Positions 1-8,528 of a DNA stretch of 64,000 nucleotides are shown here, piece by piece. A program made the translations under genes and the position numbers. Every line of letters starts with the position of its first letter. The stretch's first letter is position 1. The stretch is from contig JBFWJC010000001.1 in assembly GCA_050253415.1 (NCBI GenBank), positions 1,192,679 through 1,256,678 of the forward strand. Reading direction: 5' to 3'. The stretch comes from Pedobacter sp. Its GTDB lineage: Bacteria; Desulfobacterota; Desulfuromonadia; Desulfuromonadales; Syntrophotaleaceae. Under the pieces are notes generated by a model. It had not been told where the DNA came from. It did no database searches and saw nothing but the letters and a program-made list of their open reading frames with translations.

Positions 1-24
1 AGGTTGGCCTGGCGGGAGGCCCTC

Positions 25-984
25 CTAATAAACCGGTTTAAAATCGAACTGGTGTTGAGCCCTGATAAAGCGTACTGTGCGGCTCTTGGAACGCATGACG
101 ATGGAGTGGGTCTCGGCTCCGCCGGACATGTAACGTACGCCGTGAAGCAACTCGCCGTTGGTAACGCCGGTCGCAGCAAAGACCACATCACCCTGAGCCA
201 TTTCTTCAGCGCTATAAATTTTATCAAAATCGTCGATACCCATGGTTCGGGCGCGGGCTTTTTCCTCCCGGTTCATAAAGACCAGGCGTCCCTGCATATC
301 GCCACCCATGCACTTCAAAGCTGCTGCTGCCAGCACACCTTCGGGGGCCCCGCCGATTCCCATCATCATGTCGACGCCGCTGCCAAGGACGGTGGCGGCG
401 ATGGCGGGAGCAACATCGCCATCCGAAATCAGGTGGATGCGGGCTCCGGCCTTACGCACTTCGTTGATGATCTTTTCGTGGCGCGGACGGTCGAGAATGA
501 CAACGGTCAGGTCCTCGACATAACAATTTTTAGCCTGCGCTACCCGTTTAAGGTTTTCCTCGGGAGTGGCATTAAGATCGATGCAACCGTGGGCTGCAGG
601 CCCGACGGCGATTTTCTCCATATACATGTCGGGGGCATGCAGAAAACCACCTTTGGGTGCCAGGGCGATGGTGGTTATGGCTCCGGTTTTGCCCTTGGCG
701 CAAATATTGGTGCCTTCCAGCGGATCAACCGCGATGTCGACTTCATACGCACCGGTGCACGCGCTACCGACTTTTTCGCCTATATAGAGCATGGGGGCTT
801 CGTCCATCTCACCCTCGCCAATTACAACCGTGCCGCAAAACTCGACGGAATCGAGGGTGCGACGCATGGCGTCGGTGGCAGCTTCGTCGGCGGCATCCTT
901 GTTGCCTTTGCCCACCCAGCGGCCACAGGCCAGGGCAGCGGCCTCGGTGACTCGAACCAGATCCATGGCTAAATTACGTTCCAT
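25..984 (-). CDS. glpX: Class II fructose-1,6-bisphosphatase
   Basis: Motifs RVTEAAA, VVIGEGEMDEAPML, DIAVDPLEGT, DGDV, GGAPEGV, FAATGVT. Start placed at MERNLAMD (ATG 984) behind an AAGGAGG RBS. Confidence 0.95.
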   Translation of the reverse strand: MERNLAMDLVRVTEAAALACGRWVGKGNKDAADEAATDAMRRTLDSVEFCGTVVIGEGEMDEAPMLYIGEKVGSACTGAYEVDIAVDPLEGTNICAKGKTGAITTIALAPKGGFLHAPDMYMEKIAVGPAAHGCIDLNATPEENLKRVAQAKNCYVEDLTVVILDRPRHEKIINEVRKAGARIHLISDGDVAPAIAATVLGSGVDMMMGIGGAPEGVLAAAALKCMGGDMQGRLVFMNREEKARARTMGIDDFDKIYSAEEMAQGDVVFAATGVTNGELLHGVRYMSGGAETHSIVMRSKSRTVRFIRAQHQFDFKPVY

Positions 985-1188
985 TCCAGAAAACCTCCTT
1001 GCGGTAAAGACTGCCGTTTGCAGCGGCGCCATCATGACAGAAAATGTTGGTAAAAACAAGTTTTCGGACATACTTTGTGGGTCCATGGTGTTTTTTACCG
1101 TTCATCCAAGCTTGACCTTCTGAGGTCACCGGCGCGATGATAGCAGCCATCCATACACACTTTGGTATGCAAGAGTGAAGGAATTGCG

Positions 1189-1902
1189 ATGAAAAAAATA
1201 GTTATCTGGGCTCATCGCGGCGCTTCTGGAGAAGCTCCGGAAAATACCTTGTCGGCTTTTCGCCTTGCGGAGCGGGCCGGTGCCGACGGTCTTGAACTTG
1301 ATGTGCGTCTGACTGCCGACCGGGTGCCCATGGTTCTGCACGATGATACCCTCGATCGTACTACCGATGTGCAGGGGATGCTGACAGCCTACTCCCGGAA
1401 AGAGTTGCTGAATGTTGATGCCGGTAGCTGGTTTGCACCGCAATTTGCCGGTGAAGGTGTTCCTGCCCTTGAACAGGTTTTGCAGTGGGCGGACGAGCGG
1501 CTGTATATAAATATAGAGATAAAGGAGTATGCTGCAGGCATGGCGGTGAGAGAGCTCCTGCATCACTTTCCCCGTTGCCGCGTGCTTATTTCCTCCTTTG
1601 ACCATGGGTTGCTCCAGGCGATGCGAGCAAACGCCCCGGAGATACCTGTCGGCTTTTTGAGCGAAACTCGCTGGTGGCACCGACAGCTATGCGCTGCTGC
1701 CTCCTGTGGTGCCAATAGTTTTCACCCCCGTCAGGACCTGGTTACCCCCGAGCAAATAGCGCAATGCCATGCTGTGGGATTAAAGGTGTATCCCTGGGTG
1801 GTGGATGATACAGGGCGTTTCGAAGCCTTGCTGAGGATGGGTGTTGACGGCGTATTCACTAATTACCCCGCACGTCTGCGTCGGTGCCAGGACAATGTCT
1901 GA
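1189..1902 (+). CDS. Glycerophosphodiester phosphodiesterase (UgpQ/GlpQ family)
   Basis: AHRGASGEAPENT, ELDV, HDDTLDRTT, NIEIK, GVDGVFTNYP motifs. Confidence 0.92.
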   Translation: MKKIVIWAHRGASGEAPENTLSAFRLAERAGADGLELDVRLTADRVPMVLHDDTLDRTTDVQGMLTAYSRKELLNVDAGSWFAPQFAGEGVPALEQVLQWADERLYINIEIKEYAAGMAVRELLHHFPRCRVLISSFDHGLLQAMRANAPEIPVGFLSETRWWHRQLCAAASCGANSFHPRQDLVTPEQIAQCHAVGLKVYPWVVDDTGRFEALLRMGVDGVFTNYPARLRRCQDNV

Positions 1903-2160
1903 TGCCGGGGGGCTTGCCTGGGTAGCTTATTCTGCTACTGTTTATACTCTTTGGTGTCCCTTTCCAAGGGGGCCTACCGATTTGTGCTTGTCGTGAGGTG
2001 ATAGGAAGACCAGACCTGCTCTATGGGTAGTTGCCAACCATAGACGTCCTGCAAGTCAACAGGATCGATGCACCTAGGTTGTTTTTGACGGTTTGTCTGT
2101 AGCTTCTTGTTCCCAGAATCGACCGTTTTTTCAAGAGTAAACAGGTTTGAGGTGGCAAAC

Positions 2161-2805
2161 ATGTCCGTATTCGATAAGGGTATCCACTCCCTGGTCTTTG
2201 ATCTGGACGGCACTCTGTATACCTGCCAGGAACTTGGAGCGCAAATAGAAGAGGCGGCCATTTGTCTGGTGGCCAATAGTCGCGGCCTTTCCATGGAGCA
2301 GGGCCGCCAGGTCTTGCAGGATGCTCGTAGTCTTTTGGCGGAGGTCCCTGGTGATCTGCCCCCTTTGAGTAGGACATGTCAGGAACTTGGTCTGGATTTG
2401 CGCGATTTTATTCGAGCGCTGGAGGAAAAAGTTTATCCTGAACGCTTCCTGAAACCTGACCCGACCCTGGCGGCATTGCTGCGGTTTCTGCAAGAGCGCT
2501 ATGATCTGTATATTTATACCAATAATGGATTCTTTCTTACGGAACGGATTTTGGCGCTACTGGGTGTGGCTGATTGTTTTCGCCATATATACTCCCTTGA
2601 ATTCGCCTGGCGCCCCAAACCTGATGCCGAAGCATTGCAATTGCTGTTGGCTGATATAGGCGGTTTGCCGGAAAGTTTTTTATTTATCGGTGATCGCTAT
2701 CATGTCGATTTGCGCGAACCGGAGAAACTTGGTGTTTCTGTGTTTCCCGTGCATACGGCTGTCGACCTGTTAAGGTTGCCGTCATTGCTTGGAATTACGT
2801 CCTGA
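2161..2805 (+). CDS. HAD-superfamily hydrolase
   Basis: Motif I FDLDGTLY, motif II YTN, KP, motif [19 protein letters not shown] before ATG 2161. Confidence 0.88.
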   Translation: MSVFDKGIHSLVFDLDGTLYTCQELGAQIEEAAICLVANSRGLSMEQGRQVLQDARSLLAEVPGDLPPLSRTCQELGLDLRDFIRALEEKVYPERFLKPDPTLAALLRFLQERYDLYIYTNNGFFLTERILALLGVADCFRHIYSLEFAWRPKPDAEALQLLLADIGGLPESFLFIGDRYHVDLREPEKLGVSVFPVHTAVDLLRLPSLLGITS

Positions 2806-2888
2806 CGGGTATCTCCAGCATGTTTGTCAGTGGTAAACTTGGTATTGTAAAATGTAGGTATTCACCTAAAACCAAGCGGAGGTATGCA

Positions 2889-3116
2889 ATGAAACAACAG
2901 ATCTTGGAAATCCTTGATAAAATCCGCCCGTCTCTGCAGGCCGATGGTGGTGATGTGGAGTTGGTCGATGTCAGCGAAGACGGTGTCGTAAAAGTTCGAC
3001 TCAAAGGCGCCTGCAGTTCCTGCCCCATGTCCACCATGACTCTCAAAATGGGGATTGAGAGAACCCTGAAGGCGCAAGTGCCGGGAATCAAGGAAGTCAT
3101 ACGCGTAGAAGATTGA
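2889..3116 (+). CDS. NifU C-terminal/NfuA-like Fe-S carrier protein
   Basis: [15 protein letters not shown] and [18 protein letters not shown] (CxxC). GGAGG RBS. Confidence 0.92.
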   Translation: MKQQILEILDKIRPSLQADGGDVELVDVSEDGVVKVRLKGACSSCPMSTMTLKMGIERTLKAQVPGIKEVIRVED

Positions 3117-3192
3117 ACCCCTCTTTGATCCGACGGAGTGGTTGGTCTTTATGATGATCTGGTAACTATTCATAGATAGTGAGGCAGACAGG

Positions 3193-3669
3193 ATGATGGA
3201 TACGCTTGAAGGGCAGCATGCTGCTGATTTTAATCTGGAAGGATCGGATAAACAACGCCACGCGTTAACCGATTATGCGGGCAGGACCGTGGTACTTTAT
3301 TTTTATCCCAAGGATAACACTCCCGGTTGCAGCAAGGAGGCGTGTTCCTTTCGCGATCTTCATACAGAGTACCAGCAGCAGGATGTCGTCTTGCTGGGCG
3401 TCAGCAAAGACAGCCTTGCGTCCCATGACCGATTTATCGAAAAGTTTGGTCTGCCCTTTGTTCTGTTGTCTGACCCTGACACCCAGATGATGAAGGCGTA
3501 TTCCGCTTTTGGAGAAAAGACCATGTACGGCAAAAAGGTCATGGGGACCATTCGTTCGACGGTGGTCATCGGCCCGGACGGTACGATTGTGAAGCATTGG
3601 CCGAAGGTCAAAAAGGCCGAAACCCATCCGCTTGAAGTTCTGGAATTTTTACGCAGCCGGCAAGCCTGA
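3193..3669 (+). CDS. bcp: Peroxiredoxin Q / bacterioferritin comigratory protein
   Basis: VVLYFYPKDNTPGCSKEACSFRD signature. Confidence 0.92.
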   Translation: MMDTLEGQHAADFNLEGSDKQRHALTDYAGRTVVLYFYPKDNTPGCSKEACSFRDLHTEYQQQDVVLLGVSKDSLASHDRFIEKFGLPFVLLSDPDTQMMKAYSAFGEKTMYGKKVMGTIRSTVVIGPDGTIVKHWPKVKKAETHPLEVLEFLRSRQA

Positions 3670-3706
3670 CAGACCGTGACTATGAGACCGTTTACAGATA
3701 ATTGAA

Positions 3707-3794
3707 TTTGTCGCGGGGAACACCGGGACTGCAGGGAGAGACTTTTTTGAAAAATCGGTTCCCTCCGCGCGCTCTGTGCTCTCGGTGGTGAAAT
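3707..3794. repeat. Imperfect palindromic element built from three 9-mers per arm
   Basis: Left arm cgcggggaa-caccgggac-tgcagggag. Right arm (reverse complement) caccgagag-cacagagcg-cgcggaggg. A related single arm lies at 52891-52923. Confidence 0.6.
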
Positions 3795-3828
3795 ATCTTT
3801 GCTTTGATATTGTATGATTGTGGTTCAG

Positions 3829-3869
3829 AAAAAGCCCGGAGCAGGCATGAAGCTGCTCCGGGCTTTTTT
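3829..3869. terminator. Bidirectional intrinsic terminator between bcp and the FadL-family gene
   Basis: AAAAAGCCCGGAGCAG-gcatgaag-CTGCTCCGGGCTTTTTT: perfect stem with A and T tails, between convergent genes. Confidence 0.9.
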
Positions 3870-3890
3870 ATAGAGGTGGAACTTTGCGTT

Positions 3891-5153
3891 TTAAAACATA
3901 CAGGTCAGGCTGATGCCTATCAGGTGCAGGTAGTTTTCGTACTGCCCGTTGGCGGTGCTGCCGTACAGGTTGGTTGTTTTATCGCGATTTTCCTGCAGCT
4001 GGAAGCCGTAAGCCAGGGCCAGTTTGATGTTGTTAACGGACAGTTCGGCGCCGGCTGTGAAAAGGTGGGTGTCGGAGTCGGGGATTGCCGGTTCGAAGGT
4101 GTTGTCGGGGATGGGGTTCTGGCCGTAGAGATATCCGGCCATCACCGCCAGTTGCTTGTTGATATGGTATTTGGTGCCGATATTGTAGGCCCAGGTATCA
4201 TGCCAATTGCGCGGTGCCACGGTCACTGTCTCCCCTCCAACCGGCTCGTCCAGACTGATTTTCAGATATTGAAAAGATGACCAGTCCTCCCAACGCAGCC
4301 CCGCCTCGACCACCCATGCGGGAGAGATATGGTAGGCCAGACCGGCAGTGACCTGCTGGGGCAGGGTGATGGATGCCTGACCACCTGTGTTCTGGAAAAG
4401 GAAGGCCAGCGGCGCAGCGGTGTCGGGGATGTCGAACTGGGCGCGTCCGTCGATATCCACCTTGATTTCGCTGCGGTAGCCAGCGCCGAAGGATAAGGAG
4501 TCGGTCAGCTTGACCAGCAGGCCAACGTTGAATCCTACCCCTTCACTGTCACCGGCAAACTCCTGACCGATTTCCCCAAAGGGGCCCCCGTCAATTTTGT
4601 TTTTGAGCTTGGCATCCAGCAGCAGAATGTCCAACCCGGCCCCAATGGAAATGCGCGGCGAGACCCGATAGGCAAGGGTCGGATTAATATTAAAGGTGGT
4701 AATGCGGGACTTGGTGGCGATAAAACGGCCCTCCCAGTCGCTATCCCAGATGGTTCCCAAACCAAAAGGATTGTAGACTGCCAGTCCGGCGCTGAAGCGA
4801 TTATCGAATTGGTGGGTAAGGTAAAAGGTGCTGGGGAAGTACGCCGTATCGGCGTTGTCCCATGTCTCTCCAGAGATACTCGTGAAATCGCGAGAAGGCA
4901 ATACGGCGGTGGTGCCGATTTCAATCTGAGTGCCCGGCAGTTCGGTAAGTAGAGCCGGGTTGAAAAAGACAGCCGACGGGCCATCGGCATGGGCAGTGAC
5001 GGCATTGGCCTGGCCAAGCGCGTCCGCACCCTGGGTAAAGATACCAAAGCCAGAGGCGAAACCGGGCTGTATGCTTCCAATCATAAGACACGCCACAAGT
5101 ACCAGAATGTGGAAAGATCTCTTAAACATGATATTCATATAAATTGCCGCCAT
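3891..5153 (-). CDS. OmpP1/FadL/TodX family outer-membrane transporter for hydrophobic molecules
   Basis: Signal peptide followed by ASGFGIFTQGADALGQANA, FFNPA, YNPFGL, NINPTLAYR, PAIPDSD and a C-terminal Phe. The start could be a few codons downstream. Confidence 0.9.
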   Translation of the reverse strand: MAAIYMNIMFKRSFHILVLVACLMIGSIQPGFASGFGIFTQGADALGQANAVTAHADGPSAVFFNPALLTELPGTQIEIGTTAVLPSRDFTSISGETWDNADTAYFPSTFYLTHQFDNRFSAGLAVYNPFGLGTIWDSDWEGRFIATKSRITTFNINPTLAYRVSPRISIGAGLDILLLDAKLKNKIDGGPFGEIGQEFAGDSEGVGFNVGLLVKLTDSLSFGAGYRSEIKVDIDGRAQFDIPDTAAPLAFLFQNTGGQASITLPQQVTAGLAYHISPAWVVEAGLRWEDWSSFQYLKISLDEPVGGETVTVAPRNWHDTWAYNIGTKYHINKQLAVMAGYLYGQNPIPDNTFEPAIPDSDTHLFTAGAELSVNNIKLALAYGFQLQENRDKTTNLYGSTANGQYENYLHLIGISLTCMF

Positions 5154-5307
5154 CGTTAAAAATAGATAATAATAAGCATTTGGAGATGATCTTAAGATTG
5201 AAGTATGGCAATCTCCAAAGTCAAGAAACTATAGCGATGATCAACGCTCCATGTTGATTAATTTTTGTTTACACGAAAAGCTTTTGCGCTTCTTTGATGG
5301 AGTTATA

Positions 5308-6120
5308 ATGGGAATCAGCTCTTCTTATCTGATGGAAAATGACCAGGAAGCAAAGCGTCTCGATCTCAAAACCGATCAAGCTCGTCTGGAACAACAGGCC
5401 AGGTGGGCAGGGATTGGACCTGGAATGCGTGTAGCAGATGTTGGTTGCGGTAGCGGCAAGACCAGTTTTTTTCTGCATCAGCTTGTGCAAGCCGGAGGAG
5501 AGGTTCTGGGAATTGATGCTTCGACCGAGCGAATTGACCATGCACGCAACACGTATAAGGCAGATGGATTGAGTTTTACCCGTCGTGACTTTTATGCATC
5601 CATGGCAGATCTGGGGCAGTTCGATTTTATCTGGGTGCGTTTTGTTCTGGAATATCATCGACGCGATGCTGCGAAGATCGTGGAAAATCTGATGCAAATT
5701 CTAAAGCCTGGAGGAATCCTGTGTCTGATCGACCTGGATCATAACTGCCTTAATCACTATGGTATGCCCCCCCGGCTTGAAAAGGCTCTGTCGGAAATCA
5801 TGGATCTGCTGGAAGCCAAAGCCAATTTCGACCCCTTTATGGGGCGAAAACTTTACAGCTTCCTTTATGACCTTGGCTGTGAAGAGATCGATGTGCAGCT
5901 TGCCGCCCATCATCTTATAGCCGGCAAGCTTAATGATGTGGATGCCTATAACTGGCTGAGCAAAGTGGATGTCGCCGTCCAGAACAGTGGGTATGGCTTT
6001 CCGGAATATGGGGGGGAATATCTGGAATTTCGGGAAGAGTTTAAACGGTTTTTTGAAGATCCGCGGCGTTTTACCTATACCCCGTTAATTGCTTGCCGCG
6101 GTATTAAACCACGATGTTGA
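5308..6120 (+). CDS. Class I SAM-dependent methyltransferase
   Basis: VADVGCGSG (motif I), LGIDAS, FDFIWVRFVLEY, LKPGG. Start chosen at ATG 5308 after GGAG; the ORF is open from 5251. Confidence 0.88.
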   Translation: MGISSSYLMENDQEAKRLDLKTDQARLEQQARWAGIGPGMRVADVGCGSGKTSFFLHQLVQAGGEVLGIDASTERIDHARNTYKADGLSFTRRDFYASMADLGQFDFIWVRFVLEYHRRDAAKIVENLMQILKPGGILCLIDLDHNCLNHYGMPPRLEKALSEIMDLLEAKANFDPFMGRKLYSFLYDLGCEEIDVQLAAHHLIAGKLNDVDAYNWLSKVDVAVQNSGYGFPEYGGEYLEFREEFKRFFEDPRRFTYTPLIACRGIKPRC

Positions 6121-6177
6121 TTCTGCTCCCTCCTCCATAGGGCATGCCTTGTGGGGCGGGGGGGAACCACTTTAACC

Positions 6178-8493
6178 TCAGATGGTCAGGCCGGCCTCTG
6201 CGGTAGTACGGTGTACATGGGAGCTTATAAAGTGGGCTAACGCTCTGAGATGCTTTTGATCAAGATTCGTAAAGGCGATGCCGAAACCGGCCGGGAATAT
6301 AGTTTTTTTTGGTAAACATTGATGGTTAACCCACACGACCCGACCGCTGACTTCCATGGGGGTGGCACAATCATCGGGCAAATTGAACAGAAGCTTTAGC
6401 GTGTTCCCCTCTCGGATGGCAAGATCCGATGCGGCAAATATGCCGCGAACGCTGATGTCGGCCGAAGTGGCCTTCCAGCTTTTTCCTTGATAGTCGATGG
6501 TTACCTCCGTGGAACATGGAATTCGGACACTTGCACGCGAAGAGTGAACCTCTGATCGTTCCATGACTTCCAATTCGCAGACATGATCCCGTTCAAAATA
6601 ATTTAGAAACGCATTCACAATATCTGTGTCCAGGTGTTTTCCTTGTTCTTTGCGGAGTTCCTTGATCGCAACCTCGATGGGCATGGGGTCGCGGTAATGG
6701 CGTTTTGAGGTTATGGCCTCGAAGAAGTCAGCGACGGCTATAATCTTGGCTCCCAGGGGGATATCTTGGGCGGTCAGCCCCTTTGGATAGCCGCTGCCAT
6801 CAATTTTTTCATGATGCGCGCCAGCGATAGCTGGCACTTCCTTGTAAATCCCCTCAAAGTGAATGCCCTCTAGTATCGTTCGGGTCTGTTCCGCATGGGT
6901 TTTAACCATGGCGTATTCCATGGCCGACAGACGTCCCGGTTTTTTCAGGATAGCGTCGGGAACAGCGATCTTGCCGTAATCGTGCAACAGAGAGGCGACG
7001 CGGATTTTTTCACACTCATCATCGGAAAGGGCTAATTCTTGGCAAATTCCCGAGGTAAATTGGGTAACCCTTTCAGAGTGGCCGGCTGTCAGAGGGTCAC
7101 GGGCATCAATGGTCGCTGCAAGGGCATGCAGTGTCGAATTGAACTGTTGTTTGCGACTTTGAAGTAATTGGGCGTTCCGGATGCTGATGCCGATGATTGG
7201 GGCAATGCCACAAAGAAGGGTAAGGTCGCTTTTAAGCAAGGGGCGTTTGGTTGTAACGTTATCTACAGCCAAGATACCAATGGCTTCGTAGTCGTAGACA
7301 ATGGGGCAGCAAAGAAAGGATTTGACGCCCATTTTTTTTGCAAACTCAAGGCTTCGAGGTGAAAGGTCTTCTTGTATATCGTTGATATTGTTAATCAGGA
7401 TGGGTCTTTTCTCCCTGAAGGAGACAACAAACGCACCTTTTGAGTCGGGATTGTCCAAATGAAAAAGGGTGTTTTTCAGCAGGCCTTCCATCTTTTTTGA
7501 ATAACCATACCCACCTTCAAAAGACAGATAGGTTTTCTCCGGGTTGGCCAATAAAACGAAACCCCTGTCAAAGTCGAGGCTCTTTTGAAAGTTTTCTATA
7601 AGACTTTGAAGGATGTCGTTTATGGTGATTTCTTTACTGATGCTTTGAGAAATAGCATTGGTTAGCAATGCGTTATTATAGTTGTTTTCAATCTGGTCAA
7701 GAAGCGTTCCGGAAGAAAGTCTCAGCGATTCCATGCTGGTCCAGGCGGTTTTCTTTTCCTTTTTTTCCAGAACGATCCAGGAAATAAGGAAAGCGAGGAG
7801 CCCACCATAGGCGAAGAGGTGGAGGTGCTCAAATGTTTTTGAAAAGAACTGTGCCAGGAAAAAAGCGCCGCTGAAGATCAGGGAAGTACTTCTGAATGTT
7901 TTTAATAATACGAACTCGTCCGGATTCCAGGAAATGACGTACCGGCAGCACTGTCCTTGGCGAAAGATACACTCTGTGTGCTCGATCTCCGGGAATTTAT
8001 GGCGAAACAGGTAGGAGATCGCCTCAAAAAAACCGATGCGATTTTGGCACTGGAATTCACGCTCCTGTACACCGGGATACGGTGTGACGATAATTTCTAT
8101 TTTGTGCTTATCAAGTCGTCGCGACTCGTATTTTGCTGAACGCGTAAAATTGGAGGCCGCCTTGCCTATCCATTCATATACCCTGTGAGGCCCCAAAAAA
8201 CCCAACACGTATTGATGTATGACGGTATTGGCTTCAGGAGATGCGGCATAGCGTCCCGCTTCTCTGGCAATGTTTTTATTATCTGTCAGTTCGCCAATTT
8301 TGTCGAAAAAGGCATTGACCTGTTCTTGGGTAAACCAGTGCCACTGATCTGCAACTTCGTACGATTGCATGTTGGCATGCGATAAAAGTTCAGAGATGTT
8401 GATTTTTGGATAATGGTTTTTAAGGAGACGCAGATAGGGATCGATGATTCGGCTATTATATAGATGTTTTTTCGAAAGGTCTTCAGACTTCAT
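6178..8493 (-). CDS. Membrane-anchored HD-GYP c-di-GMP phosphodiesterase (V4R-like sensor, 2 TM, GAF, HD-GYP, PilZ), paralogue 1
   Basis: TAGHSERV, LLHDYGK, HHEKIDGSGYPKGL, VADFFEA. GAF segment SFLCCPI..IGILAVDN. PilZ motifs RASVR and DISVRG. Two hydrophobic helices around residues 205-242. Confidence 0.88.
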   Translation of the reverse strand: MKSEDLSKKHLYNSRIIDPYLRLLKNHYPKINISELLSHANMQSYEVADQWHWFTQEQVNAFFDKIGELTDNKNIAREAGRYAASPEANTVIHQYVLGFLGPHRVYEWIGKAASNFTRSAKYESRRLDKHKIEIIVTPYPGVQEREFQCQNRIGFFEAISYLFRHKFPEIEHTECIFRQGQCCRYVISWNPDEFVLLKTFRSTSLIFSGAFFLAQFFSKTFEHLHLFAYGGLLAFLISWIVLEKKEKKTAWTSMESLRLSSGTLLDQIENNYNNALLTNAISQSISKEITINDILQSLIENFQKSLDFDRGFVLLANPEKTYLSFEGGYGYSKKMEGLLKNTLFHLDNPDSKGAFVVSFREKRPILINNINDIQEDLSPRSLEFAKKMGVKSFLCCPIVYDYEAIGILAVDNVTTKRPLLKSDLTLLCGIAPIIGISIRNAQLLQSRKQQFNSTLHALAATIDARDPLTAGHSERVTQFTSGICQELALSDDECEKIRVASLLHDYGKIAVPDAILKKPGRLSAMEYAMVKTHAEQTRTILEGIHFEGIYKEVPAIAGAHHEKIDGSGYPKGLTAQDIPLGAKIIAVADFFEAITSKRHYRDPMPIEVAIKELRKEQGKHLDTDIVNAFLNYFERDHVCELEVMERSEVHSSRASVRIPCSTEVTIDYQGKSWKATSADISVRGIFAASDLAIREGNTLKLLFNLPDDCATPMEVSGRVVWVNHQCLPKKTIFPAGFGIAFTNLDQKHLRALAHFISSHVHRTTAEAGLTI

Positions 8494-8528
8494 TTGTAAC
8501 TCTTCGAATGGGGTTTGTTCATCTACGA

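Noticed and set aside
1903..2160. Possible structured ncRNA or leader before the HAD gene
   Set aside because: Only short hairpins (for example CTATGG..CCATAG) are present and I recognise no RNA family motif.
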